Program-made: the position numbers and the translations under genes
DNA from: the human T2T-CHM13v2.0 reference genome, Homo sapiens
DNA length: 64,000 nucleotides
Strand: one strand, 5' to 3'
Assembly (NCBI RefSeq): GCF_009914755.1
Contig: NC_060939.1
The notes under the pieces: model-generated
The model's input: the letters and a program-made list of their open reading frames with translations, nothing else
What the model was told of the DNA's origin: nothing
The model's database searches: none
Shown here: positions 45,428 to 62,015 of the stretch, one piece after another
Layout: each line of letters opens with the position of its first letter
Numbering within the stretch: the stretch's first letter is position 1

Positions 45428-46388
45428 TTAACTTTGGCTTTTGAATTTCTTTTCGCCTCAGCTTCTTCATTGTACAGTGGAGATAATAACACCTTCCCAA
45501 GTATTTAAGGCACCCAGCACTGCACTTAGTGTAGAGGGCTGAAGTAGATACCATTTATCAGAACTTATTTGTATCCCTCCCAAGCTTATGGCCTTATATC
45601 CCCAAGCCTGGGGAGGTACTCATTATTTATTGAATGAATAAGTGGGTCAGAAAGGGTTGCTTGTGACTAAGTCCAAAAAACAAAATTCATTAAGGAGACA
45701 GCTGGTGGTTTGGGAAATGACTTTGTTTAAATTTGGGGCTTTTTTTCTGGCTGGAAAAATATATAAACACATTTGGAACGGGGGTGTTTGAAATGTCAGT
45801 CAGGGCCCAGGGTCTGTGTGTGCGTGTCTGTGTGGCTGGTGTTCTGCCAGTGAAAATGAAACTGAATGTTGAAAGGAAACCGGATTCCTTTGCAGAACAG
45901 TTTCTCCTCCATGTTGCCTGTGTCTAGCTTTGTTAATCCGATGTGTTGTAACACAGGAAATGTCTTATAAAGAATGGAGACGGACCCATGACAAGGCATT
46001 TCTGGGCATAGATGTACTTTTTTCTTCTCCTTTCACGTTTCCCTGCTCCACTATCTACTATATAACTCCTCTTTGACTCTGAAGACTTGGTAAATAGGAG
46101 CAGTTTGGATAGCTTATGGAAAGCTGCCCAGACCTGGCTGGAAGCCAACTAGTTGCTTCTTAATCCCAGCCTTAAAAATCTTTGTAATCCCCAGATGTAG
46201 GTGGTAATAATAATAAAGAAAAGTAGATCTAGCCAACCATCCCTGTGATTTACATTGAGAAAGTGCTAAATTGGGACAGGAGGTAGAGAACTTTGTGGAA
46301 AAAAACAAAACAGAACAAAAAAACCCTCGGAAATTTAGAACACACTGGGACTATCTATGTCTGTAACTTTGGGAAGGGCAAATACTGG

Positions 46389-47204
46389 TGTTATGGACTC
46401 ACCAAATTCATATATTGAAACCCTAGCCCCCAGGATCTTAGAATGTGACTGTATTAGGAGATAGTGCCTTAGTTAGAAGTGGTGGTGAGCACCTGTAGCC
46501 CCAGCTACTTGGGAGGCTGAGGTGGGAGAACTGCTTGAGCTCAGAAGTTCGAGGCTAGCCTGAGCAACATAGCAAGACCTTGTCTCAATAAAAGAATAAT
46601 TAGCCAGGCACGGTGGCTCACGCCTGTAATCCCAGCACTTTGGGAGGCCGAGGTAAGCAGATCGCTTGAGGCTGGGAGTTTGAGGCCAGCCTGGCCAACA
46701 TAGAGGAACCCCGTCTCTACTAAAAATTCAAAATATTAGCTGGGTGGGGTAGTGTGCACCTGTAATTCCAACTACTCAGGGGGCTGAGGCATGAGACTTG
46801 CTTGAACCGGAGAGGAGGAAGTTGCATTGAGCCAAGATTATCATGCCACTGCATTCTAGCCTGCGCAACAGAGCAAGACTCTGTCTCAAAAAAAGAAAGA
46901 AAGAAAAAAAAAAAAGGAAAATTAAGTTAGGTCATTAAGGTGGAGCCCTAATCCAATATGAATAGTATCCTTATAAGAAGATGACTCGTCAGGAGCACAT
47001 GTGCACAGAGAAAAGGCCACGCAAAGGCACACTGAGAAGGTGGCCATCTGCAAACCAGGGAGAGAGATCCCAGGAGAAACCAGTCTCATCAGCACTGAGG
47101 TCTTGGACTTTCAATCTCCAGAACTTTGAGAAAATAAATTTCTGTTCTCTAGACTTCATCTAGTCTATAGTGTTTTGTTATGGCAGCCCTAGAAAATTAA
47201 TACA
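46389..47204 (+). mobile_element. MLT1B-like LTR interrupted by FLAM + Alu (46475-46915)
   Basis: tgttatggact...ccctaatccaatatga...ttgttatggcagccctag...taataca. Confidence 0.75.
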
Positions 47205-50200
47205 ACTGGTTCTACCAAATGGACAATAGGTTTAAAAAAAATGGCTACAACTAGGCACCATCTCTTTTAAGTCATGATCCCGACATGTCCATCACTTGCT
47301 CTTAGGATCTCTTACCCAACCTATGCAGAAGAGTCTCCCATGTACTTTCCTTCTACAGACACCCTGTGTGGTCCCTAGGATCTTGCCTGAAGTTGTTAAA
47401 GCCATATTCAGCTTCATGATTTTGACTGTTAGGAAAAGAAAAACTTGGCCTCTTCAGCAAGTGACCTAGGTTAGCTGTTGTGCCATGTACATAGTAAGTA
47501 CTTTGTAAATGTATGGTGGGTGATGGGTGATGATGTTATGATCATCCTTAAATACCATGGGGTGACTCCCTTCTGATCATAATGAATCTCCATGTTTTGG
47601 CCCTAGCCCAGCCCTCAGGGAACTTTCATGCCACCTAGCTGGGAACCAGCAGCTCTGGCCCTAGCTACATGAATGGAGAGAAAATGGCTATGTCTGTATC
47701 CTGGTACCAATTCCTGACTTCTGGGAGGGAGGGCTGCTTCTGGAAGTGGGGATTGTGGTGATTTCACTCTATGATAACTTTCTTATATCTTTGGCTATTT
47801 GTTCTAAGGTAGCCCATGATGTCTCCATAGGAAAATGATGTGTTTTAACAACCACCATGTTTGGAGTATAGATTGTGAGAGCTCTTCAAGACAGTGCTGG
47901 GTCTAGTAAATGTGGTTTTGTGTTTCTGTGAGCACATAAATGATGCTTGAGATGGATGAGGGGCCATCTGAGTTTGGAGGAAAATCATGAGCCTTTCAAG
48001 GTCTAGGTGATCAAATCTAAGCTTGTTTTGAATCATTGAGTAAGAAAGGTCTTTAATGGCAACTAGACACCTCCACTTATTTTACACTCAGGGAAATGGA
48101 CTCAAAATGGTAAATGACTATCTCATGGTCTTACAATCTCCATTTCCTCACTTATAAAATGGGAATAATAATTCCCACCTCTCTGGTTTTTGTGAGTAAT
48201 TACGTAAAGTGCATAGCACAATGCCTGTCACATATCAACACTTCCACAAATGATTTGGGGACTTGCGGGGAGAGATTGAGAGGAATGGTTTCCATTCTAA
48301 TTATGTTCCAGACCTGCTTATTAAAGCCTTGTTATTCTTTGCCACAAAAATTCACATCTCTGATCAATCTAAGGAGTTATTAGAACAAGCGTCCCCATTT
48401 GAAAGCCTGCTTGTGAACTTCCATTTTCCTTTTCTCATTTAGAGGATAGCAAAGTTTTAGAGAAGCAGGGGACCTTTGATGCCACCCAATCTGATCCTTT
48501 ATTCCATTGATGAAGAAAGCATGGCCCAAAATGGGTCAGGAAGAGCTGTACCTAGCACTCCCTGGACTGTGGTCCTGGGTCTCTTGACTCTTGATATGCC
48601 CTCAGACAAAGCTTCACCAGGAACGGGTCATTGTCATCTAGCTGGACACAGAAGAGACGTGAGCTGTCTACACCTCATTCTGTCTCAACTATTAAAGGAT
48701 TGAGTTTAGAGTCTCTCCAACTATGTCCAAATAGCAAATGTATACCTTGAAATTAAAGAGTGTTTTCTCATTATGGTAAGACCTCACACACTGGATTCCA
48801 AGGAATGATATACTTGAATGAAATGGCCAGTCCCGTTTACAGTGAACTCCTTGCATGTGAGACTCTGAGTGGAAATCCCAATGCTCCTGAGGCTGATGAG
48901 TAATTTTAATGTGGTCATTTAACAAACTCAGGAAAACAAGTTCATCCCTGTTGTGTGACTGGGAGTACACTGATTCCACCTCAGGCTTCTTTTTCCAGTG
49001 AGTCATGTCCTACAGTCTGCAGATGGGCACACACAGGCATATACAGACTAGAAAGGAAACCTGAAAATTACCTGACCAGAGGCCAACTATGAGTGGTGGG
49101 GTTGAAGGGGAGCTAAGTCGTGCTTCTTTATGTACTAGAATGTGAGAAGTCAGGCTCCCACTGGCTACAGCAAGCAGAAAAACAAGGTGTTCTTTCATTT
49201 TTTTTCCCCCTATATAATTCAGTCAAAACTCTTAACTTTCATTTGAAATAATCCAATTGACTGACATATTTTTTCTTTCCTGGAATCTGAATGCAAGCAT
49301 TTTCCTTATGTAAATATAATTTGTGTTTTCTGCTTAGCAATTGTATTGGTTTGGTGAAATTGTCAGTTCTCTTGTTACAATGCATTCTCTGATTGTAAAA
49401 TAAGGATAGGTCAGGATAATTTGTAGGAAATTTCTCAGGAGCAAAGGGAGCCACTGTTTCATTGTAAAGTCCTCATTAGCAACTCTTAATCAGTAACTCT
49501 GCAAAGAAAATTCCTACAGTTTTGCCCCTGAAGAGTGAGGGAACTAAAGAACCCCAGTGCAGCTCCCAGTCCTTGAATCATCAGAGAGCTATATAGATTG
49601 TTCCTATTTCCCCAGTGACTCAGTCCTGGCCCACTACTGGTGTACTTGCTTCACAGCTTAATATTTAAACAAATGTTTGGATTTATAACAGCTCCAGAGG
49701 GAGAGTTTCAACATGGCCCTGCAGGGCTAAGTGAAGATTGCTCCATTTTCTTTATTTGTTAACAGTATAGTAATCCAGTTCCTGAACACACAAGGCAAGA
49801 ATAGCACTGCCATTACTCAAGCAGAGGTGTGCCAAGAGGAAGAGCACAGCTGCTATCCTTTCTCGGAACAACACTCATTCAGTTTTCAAGGGGGGTGCTT
49901 TCCTTCTCCCTCACAGTGCCTTGGACCTTTACTCCACTTTGAGTAATTCTAGTATTGCTGCTCACATCCTGTCTTCATTATATTCACCTGAACAAGTGGA
50001 TATAATGTCATCGTTCACATTCTTCCTTCTTCTTTATCCCCTATAGCTGATTGTCGCAAAAATGTCAATGTGTGTCTCACATTCACACCCCTCATCTCTG
50101 TTCCCATTCAGACCCCACCCTCACTGTGCCTGAATTTCTGAAACAGCCGCTTAATGGATCTTCATATTCCTGGTCTTTCCTGTTATAACAGACAGACTCT

Positions 50201-51267
50201 TCTTACCCATCACTGGCTGTGCAGTGCCTAGCACAATCCCTGGCATTTAGTAAACAATCAAAAATGCTGAACTCAACTGAATTGCTCCAGTTCATCCTCT
50301 CAGCTTCCCCTGGGGACTCTTTATAAATCCAGTTTTATTAAGACCTTCCAAGGGCTCTCACTGCCATTAGCAGTAACCACAGGCTGAAATGCACACCAGG
50401 GCTGAGCAGGTAACAAATGAACAACATAGGCTGAGTGGGGCTGGAGTGAACTGAAACCTTGTGCATGGTGGAGAAGACCAATGACTGCTCAGCTCCAGCC
50501 AAGAGTTTCCATGTGAGAATGTGGGCTTAGTGTTAGAGGCCAAGAATCTGGAATATTTTTTGTCGAGATCTCCAAATTTTTTAATGTTGATGACTAATTC
50601 AAAATTCAAGAAAAGCACTGTGAGCCAAGCAAAACACAGCTCTGGCCTGCACTTGGCCTGCAGGTTGCTGCTTTGTGACTCCTAGATCAAATTGCCATTG
50701 TCTGGGAATAAGCTCTCAGACCTAAACTTTAGTAACACATGCCTATCCAATCTCATTTCTCCCTCTTCCCAGAGCGCTAGACTGCCCTCCTTTATATCCA
50801 CCGTTAGGAGATTCTCATTGCAAGTGATTCTCCTTTCAAAATCTTGAACCCAACTGTCCAAAAGTAGCCCGAACAGGTCCCTGACATAACTTCCCTTTTT
50901 CTGCTCACATAATTCCTTTTTCTTCAGCTGTCTAGATGTCAACTTTGACTTTTTTTTTTCTTCCAGAAGCCTTTCCCACGTCTTCCGAAATTATTCTCTC
51001 TTCCCAGCCTCTATCTTATCTGAATCTTTGTTTGCATTTCTAATGCTAACACCTAATTCAGGAGCTTATCGCTCACACCTGGACCACTCCAATAGTCTCC
51101 TAACTGATTTGTCAAAATTAGCCCATGTGAAACTGGTTTTGTTTCTCCTCCAACAGGAGGGTTAATTTGTTCCAACACCAGAAGATTCTCTTACTCAAAG
51201 CTGCCCCTTTGTGCGATCACTTTCCAGAACTTTGTTTTCCCATGTAAAGCCTCAATGCCCTAGCTAA

Positions 51268-52545
<1,278 letters not shown>

Positions 52546-52689
52546 TTTTAAGATGCCGCCTGACAGTTTAGTGGATATGTGAGGAGAAGAAGCCGAGCAA
52601 AAATGTGTTAAACATGTAAAAGCTTCCATCTGACTGAATAGTTGGCACATGCATTTTAATCTAGATGTATTACAACGTACCTGGGATTT

Positions 52690-53227
52690 GTTTTAATCAA
52701 GTATGGTGAGGCCAACAGATCAGGAGGTGACTGCCATGAAGGAAGAAGCTCTTACTCACAGTTCCCTAGAAACAGGAGGCATAACACCTCACATGGGGCC
52801 ATATGGGAAAGCACCTGCGTAGGTGAAGGGGCAGAAAAAGTGAGGGGAAAGAACAGGCAAAAGACTGTATTGTGAGGCAGGGGAAAGGGCTGGCTAGGTT
52901 TGGGATTGGCTAGTTTGAATAATTTTAGAGTGCTCCAGGATTCATGAGCTGCCTATAGTTGTAGTTGTCTGATGCCTGGCCCTGGAATAATAAGGGCAGG
53001 GGAAAATTGCCTCTTGCAGGGTTAAAGCCAAATAGAGGAGGTGGTTCAGAATATGGCTCTGGATTGATTGGTTTACATATCAAAGGTGTGGTCATAGGCA
53101 AGCCAGGCAAGCCATTTACCATCTCTCAGAGTTAGCTAGTCCTGGGAGGGGCAGTCTCTGGGATTAGCAAGACCCCAAAATGTCAAACCATAAAAAAATA
53201 CAGACAATGAAAAACAGAATTAATACA
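52690..53227 (-). mobile_element. MER76/MER77-like LTR
   Basis: Minus strand tgtattaat...ttgacattttggggtcttgct...gactgcccctcccaggactagcta. Confidence 0.55.
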
Positions 53228-53507
53228 GCAGGATTCAGAATATTGACAGGAAGGGGAAACAGTCAGTTGCCTTCCTGGTTTCATGAAGTATCTAATGCAG
53301 TGCCATTGATATGTGCTGTAAATATTACTGGACACGTTACTTGCATGTATTTTGGATTAAGAGGAGATTATGCTAAGGATCTCATTTATGGGCTAATGTT
53401 TGGCATTTTCTTGGCAACCAAAGTCATGCTAATCAGGTGACAGTAACAATTTCCTTTTTAAGGTATTTCCAGATTTAGACCCGCCTTCTTAGAGTTTAAG
53501 TCAGAGG

Positions 53508-53930
53508 GTGTGATGGTTAATTTTATGTTCCAGTTTGACTGGACTATGGGGTGCCTAGAAATTTGGTCAAACGGTATTCTGGGTGTGCCTGTGAGGGGGT
53601 TTCTGGATGAGAGTAACATTTGAATGGGTAGATTGAGCAAAACAGATTGTCTTCCCCAATGTGGGTTGGCCTTACGCAATCAGCTGAAAGCCTCAGTAGA
53701 ACAAAAAGGCGAACACTCCCGTGAATGAGAGACAATCAGCCCTGCCTGCCTGAGTGTCTTGGAGCTGGGATATCGGATGTTCTTCTGTGTTGAGAGTCAA
53801 CTGAAACATGGCTTGTCCTGTGTCTTGAGCTGGCCTTGAGACTGAAACTGTACCATAGGCTCTCCCGGGTCTTCAGCCTGCTGACTACAGAATTGGGACT
53901 TAGCTTCTATAATCTTGTGAGCCAGTTTCC
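53508..53930 (+). mobile_element. MLT2-family LTR
   Basis: tgtgatggttaattttatgttccagtttgactggacta... start motif. Confidence 0.75.
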
Positions 53931-55167
53931 AGGAATGTCCTTCATGTAATAGGGAAATGATGATGTTTGCTTTGGTTGCCTCCCTCATTCCTTTCACCTC
54001 CTCCAGTTAAATCTTGTTTTGACCCTTTATTGGCTGTGGGTGCAGGGAGTTTTCCCATGTTCCAGGAGGCAGCCAGCTTGTAACTAGCAAGCATTGCTAT
54101 GTTTGTATTTCTGATACATTTTCTAAAAGAGATCGCAGAACAAAGGGTCCTGACTCACCAAGGATACAGGTATTTGTTGTGATTTACTTTCTCATTCAAA
54201 ATACATATTGGATATTGTATCTAATTTTGTATTGGTAATTTTGGGTTATGAAACCCCAGATTTGAAGCCCCAAATTGTATAGGGTTCAATGCCCATAAAA
54301 CCCAGATCTGCCCCTGCTTAGAGGCCGGCCCCTCTAGGAGACAGCATGTGGGGCCACCCAGAGATGCAGGACTCTTCTGTTCTGCCCTATCGCAGCAGAG
54401 AGGCCATCCCTGGAGCTGGAAGGTGCAGACTGGGAATTGCTCCTTCTCTGAATTGCTAGCTCCTGCTAATGCCTGCATTGCTGCTGCAAAGGATATTCAG
54501 AAAAAGTTGCTCGTCAGAAAAAGAATTCATGCTAGCTCTGGCCCTGCTGCTGATGCATTGTGTGAAACCCTTGAGTGACTTCACCTCTTGGAACTCAGTT
54601 TTCCCATTTGTAAAGTGATATCAATACTTCCGGTGTGGGCTCAGGTTTGGGCCCTGTGAATTGTAAAGCTCTATGCACATGGGAGGATGTATGATTATAA
54701 GTTGTGTTGCTATTACTTGTATTGCTAATATCTTGCTATTATTGAAATATGCCCAAACCTTAACATTTCAGTGACTAAAGAGCAAAACCAGTGTTCACTC
54801 TGACATAGTTTTTTTAAATTTTTCATTCATTCACTCATTTTAAGTTTTTATTGTGTAAACTTTCATCAAACATGTACAAAAATAGACTGCCACAAGGAAT
54901 GCCCATATATATCCATCCACTGATTTCAAATTATTGCCAACTCATGGCCCATTTTGTTTCATCTACACCCCTACCCACTTACACCTCCTAAAATATTTTC
55001 AAGCAAATTCCGAGTCATTTCAACTATAAGAATCTCGGTGTATATTTCTGAAAGATAAAGACTCCTAAAAAATTAAATCAGTACTATTATTGTACCTTGC
55101 CCTTCTCTGCCAAAAAAACTTAATTTCTTTCTTTTCAGTTTATTTAGTAAGCTAAAATTTAGTAACA

Positions 55168-56636
<1,469 letters not shown>

Positions 56637-57634
56637 AGAATAGATTATTTTCCTACCAAATCCTGTCTTCTGGATTTGAAATAAGAAAATATTTGGTTAA
56701 GAGGTGTAAATAACTGATAATAGCATTAGGGCTGACTTAATTAATTAAATACGCCCAGAAAGCCCAAGTGGGAGGATTTAGTTGAGGAGGAGGAGGAGTT
56801 TTCCAACAGTCCCTCCACCTGGGCACCAGGTGTAAGCCTGACCTGTGCCGTGTACACAGTGCTCATTCGTGCCCTGAGACAGGAAGCTACAGAGATCCAG
56901 ACCAACAGCTCACAGTAAGCTTGGGCCAGGTCTGGCGGGAAGAACAGAGTAGGCAACAAGAGCTGGACACTGTTTAATGATTAGACTGTTTTCCTCTTTG
57001 ATTTTGGAAGTGTTCTACAAAGGTGATCTGTTAAAGGTTGGCCCTGTGGTTATTGAAACCCAAAGCAGAGTGGGCCCAGCCTGGCCTAGGCTTGAGAGGA
57101 AACAATTGTAAATCAAAGACCCACTGTGTCCTCAAAAGCAAAAATAGCTGAAGGGTTGATGACAATCCTTGGCTTGGTGAATCTTTCATTAAGAATGCTC
57201 TGAGTAATTCTTGCTTAGCCAGCAGCTCTGTTTGAACTCTGCCAGGTGCCCTGGCTGCTCACAAACCATGTCATGTGACATAAGATTAGGAAGCTTTTGA
57301 CACAGGCAGTCTGTATTGCTTGTCCAGGAAGGGCTGTAGTGGAAAGGTATGAAGTCCCAAAGACTTGTCCAGACCAGGTCTGGAACTAGGGGCCAGTGAT
57401 GGAAGTAGGGGATGCCCAGTCCGCTGTCTTATCTTTCAATCAACAGGGACTTTACTTCTCCAGTTAGACTGCAGTCATATCAAAGCATTCATTCCCATCC
57501 TTTGAAGGAGGGACACAATCAATTTAGAATAGAGGAATTTTAATCTAACTTAAAAGCATAATACTATTTGATTATAAAATATATTGCATGTGCCATTTGG
57601 TAAATGAAAGTTAAATTTACCTTATTTATTGATG

Positions 57635-58414
57635 TTTTTCTTTTTCTTTTTTTTGAGACAGAGTCTTGCTCTGTTGCCCAGGCTGGAGTGCAGTGGTGCA
57701 ATCTTGGCTCACTGCAACCTCCGCCTCCCTGGCTCAAGCAATTGATTCTCCTGCCTCAGCCTCCTGAGTAGCTGGGATTACAGGCACCTGCCTCCATGCC
57801 CAGCTAATTTTTTTTGTATTTTTGGTAGAGACAGGGTTTCACCATGTTGGCCAGGCTAGTCTCAAACTCCTGGCCTGAGGTGATCTACCTGACTTGGCCT
57901 ACCAAAGTGCTGGAATTACAGGCGTGAGCCACTGTGCCTGGCCTCATTTTTTAAGAATTGCTGGGGTAAGGGGAAATGAGAAGGTGGGATATGGGCAATG
58001 CTTTTTGTTGTTGTTGTTTTTGTGTGTGTTTTTTTGAGACAGTCTTCCTGTCACCCAGGCTGGCGTGACCTCAGCTCACTGCAACCTCTGCCTCCCGGGT
58101 TCAAGTGGGGGTCCTGCCTCAGGCTCCCAAGTACCTGGGATTACAGTTATGTGCCACCACAGCCCGCTAATTTTTGTATTTTTAGTAGAGATGCGGTTTC
58201 ACCATGTTGGCCAGGCTGGTCTTTAACTCATGACCTCAAGTGATCCATCTGCCTCAGCCTCCCAAAGTGCTGGGATTACAGGCACGAGCCACTGTGCCTG
58301 ACTTTTTTTTAAGCCTTTGCAATGTGGTCTGGCTCTGTCGCCCAGGCTAGAGTGCAATGGCATGATCTTGACTCATTGCCACCTCCACTTCCTGGGCTGA
58401 AACCGTCCTCCTAC
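57635..58414 (-). mobile_element. Antisense Alus (57635-57943, 58001-58301, and 58303-58414 which resumes at 59731-59929 after LTR12)
   Basis: Alu consensus. Confidence 0.85.
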
Positions 58415-59730
58415 TGTGTCCGGAATTGGTGGGTTCTTGGTCTGACTGACTTCAAGAATCACCCTGTGGACCCTCGTGGGGAGTGTTACAGTTCTTAAAG
58501 GCGGCGTGTCCGGAGTTTGTTCCTTCTAACGTTCGAATGTGTTTGGAGTTTCTTTCTTCCTTCTGGTGGGTTCGTGGTCTCCCTGGCTCAGGAGTGAAGC
58601 TGCAGACCTTCACAGTGAGTGTTACAGCACATAAGGGTAATGCCAGTGTGGACTCAAAGAGCGAGCAACAGCAAGATTTATGGCAAAGAGCAAAAGAAGA
58701 AAGCATCCACAACACGAAAGAGGACCAGAAAGGACTGCCACCGCTCGCTCGGGCAGCCTGCTTTTATTCCCTTATCTGGCCCCACCCACATCCTGCTGAT
58801 TGGTCCATTTTACAGAGAGCTGATTGGTCTGTTTTTATAGAGAGCTGATTGGTCCGTTTTGACAGGGTGCTGATTGGTGTGTTTACAAACCTTGAGCTAG
58901 ACACAGAGTGCTGATTGGTGTATTTACAAACCTTGAGCTAGACACAGAGTGCTGATTGGTGTATCTACAATCCCTTAGCTAGACATAAAGGTTCTCCAAG
59001 TCCCCACCAGATTAGCTAGACACTGGGTACTGATTGGTGCCTTTACAAACCTTGAACTAGACGTAAAAGTTCTCCAAGTCCCCACCTGACTCAGGAGCCC
59101 AGCTGGCTTCACCTAGTGGATCCCGTGCCAGAGCCGAGGCGGAGCTGCCCCCGGGTCCCGCACCGCGCACCTGCACTCCTCAGCCCTTGGGCGGTCAATG
59201 GGACAGGGCATCACAGAGCAGGGGGCGGCGCCCATCAGGGAGGCTCACCCGTGTGGGAGCCCACCGCTGGGGGGCTGGGGCATGGCGGGCTGCAGGTCCC
59301 AAGCCCTGCCCTGTGGGGAGGCAGCTGAGGCCTGGAGAAGAATTCAAGCGCAGCACCTGCGGGCCGGCACTGCTGGGGGACCTGGTGCACCCTCCGCAGC
59401 TGCTGGCCCGTGCTAAGCCCCTCACTGCCCGGGCCTGTGGCACCAGCCTGCCACTCCAAGTGCGGGGCCTGCTGAGCCCACGCCCACCCAGAACTCGTGC
59501 TGGCCCGCGAGCGTCGCTGGCAGCCCCGGTTCCCGCCCGCGCCTCTCCCTCCACACCTCCCTGCAAGCAGAGGGAGCTGGCTCTGGCCCCTGCCAGCCCA
59601 TAGAGGGGCCCCCACAGCGCAGTGGCGGCCTGAAGGGCTCCTTGAGCATGGCCAGAGCGGATGCCAAGTCCGAGGAGGCGCTGAGAGCGAGTGAGGGCTG
59701 CGAGGGCTGCCAGCACGCTGTCACCTCTCA
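58415..59730 (-). mobile_element. LTR12 (ERV9, LTR12D-like) solo LTR inserted into an Alu, antisense to SQOR
   Basis: Minus strand starts tgagaggtgacagcgtgctgg and ends ccaattccggacaca; 4-bp TSD ctac 58411-58414 / 59731-59734; tandem ~41-bp units with CCAAT. Confidence 0.95.
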
Positions 59731-60006
59731 CTACCTCAGCCTCCAAGGTAGCTGGGACTACAGGCATGTGCCACTATGCCCGTCTAATTTCTTTTTTTTT
59801 GTATTTTTGGTAGAGATGGGGTTTTGGCATCTTGGCTATGGCTGGTCTCAAACTCCTGGCCTCAAGCAATCCTCCCACCTGGGCCTCCCAAAGTGCTAGG
59901 ATTACAGGCATGAGCCACCGTACCCGGCCTTGATTTTTAAGTGTATTTCATCTTGTAAGAATGTAGAGATGAAGTGGCTGCATTCTCCTGTATCATTGGT
60001 AGTTAA

Positions 60007-61140
60007 TTCTTCTTCTTCTTCTCCTTCTCCTCCTTCTCCTTCTTCTTCTTCTTCTTTCTTTTTTTTAAAAACAGACTCTCACTCTGTTGCCCAGGCTGGA
60101 GTGCAGTGGCATGATCTCAGCTCACTGCAACCCCCCGCCTCCTGGGTTCAAGCAATTCTTGTGCCTCAGCCTCCCAAGCGTGTGCCACCACGCCTGGCTA
60201 ATTTTTGTATTTTTAGTAGACAGGGGGTTTTGATATGTTGGCCAGGCTAGTCTCAAATTCCTGACCTCAAGTGATCTGCCCACCTTGGCCTCCTGAGGTG
60301 CTGGGATTACAGGCGTGAGCCACCACGTCCGGCCGGTAGTTAATTCTTATTTCTTAAAAAAGCTGTATGTTTCAGGCTATCTTCTGAGGAGACTAAGAAA
60401 TCATATCAGATTTATGCTCCTTGTTGACAGAAGTTTTCAGTTTTCTATTTCTTCTCTGCTGACTTTAGGGTCCAGTTTGATCTTCCATTGAGTGATTGAT
60501 TGATTGATTGATTGAGACAGAGTCCCACTCTGTTGCCCAGGCTGGAGTGCAGGGGTGTGATCTCAGCTCACAGCCACCACCACCTCCCAGGTTGAAGCAA
60601 TTCTTGTGCCTCAGCTTTCACAGTAGCTGGGATTACATGCACGGGGTACCACGCCGGCAGGTCCGGCTACTTTTTTCTAGTTTTTGTAGAGACCAGGTTT
60701 CACCATGTTGGCCAGGCTGTTCTGAAACTCCTGATCTTAAGTAAGTGACCCGCCCACCTCAGCCTCCCTAAAGTTTTGGTATTACAGGCGTGAGCCTCCT
60801 TTTTTTTTTTTTTTTTTTTTTTTTTGCCTTCTCGTTAAGATTGTGTGGCTGGCCGGGCACGGTGGCTCACACCTGTAATCCCAGCATTGTGGGAGGCCGA
60901 GGCAGGTGGATCACTTGAGGTCAGGAGTTCAAGACCAGTCTGGCCAACGTGGTGAAACCCCATTTCTACTAATAATACAAACTTAGGTAGGTGTGGTGGC
61001 AGGCACCTGTAATCCCAGCTACTCGTGGGGGCCGGAGACAGGAAAATTGCTTGAACCTGGGAGGTGGAGGTTGCAGTGAGTCGAGATCCAGCCTGGGCGA
61101 CAGAGCAAGATTCCGCCTCAAAAAAAAAAGAAAAAAGAAA
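60007..61140. mobile_element. Alus (-60058-60334 with (TTC/TCC)n tail, -60493-60797 with (GATT)n tail, +60851-61140)
   Basis: Alu consensus; TSDs ggtagttaattctt and aagattgtgtggctg. Confidence 0.88.
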
Positions 61141-61238
61141 GATTGTGTGGCTGTTGCTTCCTTCAATTTTATCTTTCTCTGCTTGTTGCTATAAACTTGG
61201 TTTAGGTCAATGTCAGAAATTACTGTTGGTTCCTAAGT

Positions 61239-61995
61239 GATGTTTTCTGATGCCACTTCTAACATCAAATATATGTTCTCTTTTTCAATACCAATCAATA
61301 CCAACTAGGTGCCCAATAATTCAATTCAATTGTGGCATTAGCTCCCGGAGTTAGTGGAGGCCCCGTAGTTTAAAGCTCAGTCCCACAAGACTGCCCTCAC
61401 TTCAGACGCCAGCCAGGCAGGGCATCTGCTGCTGGCCCCAAGGGGACCCACACCTGTGTCTAGCTGACTACAAATCCCAAGGCTCCCATGATCCATCCTC
61501 CTCAGGTTCTATAATCAGCTAGAACTACTCAAAGAACTCAGGGGAACACTCTACCTCAGTTTACTGGTTTAGTATAAGGGATACAGCTCAGGAATGGCCA
61601 TATGGAAGAGACATATGGGGCAAGGTAGCAGGGTGGTGCAGAGCTTACAGGCCCTCTCCGGTCACACCACCATCCAGCACATCAGTGAGTTCACCAACCC
61701 AGAAGCTCTTGTCTTGTTATAGAGCTCAATTTCCAGCCCCATTCTCCCTCCCAAGGTTAGAGGTGGGGCTGAGAGTTCCAACCCTCTAATCGTAGTCACG
61801 TGTTTGGTTTTTCTGGTGACCAGCCCCCTCCTGAAGCCATCTAGGGATCCCACCTTGAGTCACCTTACTAGCATAAACTCAGGGACTCATTATGAAAAAC
61901 AAATGACACTTCCATCACTCAGGTAATCCCAAGAGTTTTAGGAACTTGGAGCTGGGAACCAGGAACAAAGACAGAATATGTTTTATATTACACCA
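61239..61995. mobile_element. MER21-family LTR
   Basis: cagtcccacaagactgccctcacttcagacgccagcc and ttttctggtgaccagcccc motifs. Confidence 0.75.
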
Positions 61996-62015
61996 TGGTT
62001 TAAAAGTGGCATTTA

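Noticed and set aside
58860-59060. CRISPR-like repeat array
   Set aside because: Ordinary LTR12 tandem enhancer units in eukaryotic DNA; no unique spacers or cas genes
59116-59899. Long GC-rich ORFs / second CpG island
   Set aside because: LTR12 U3 sequence
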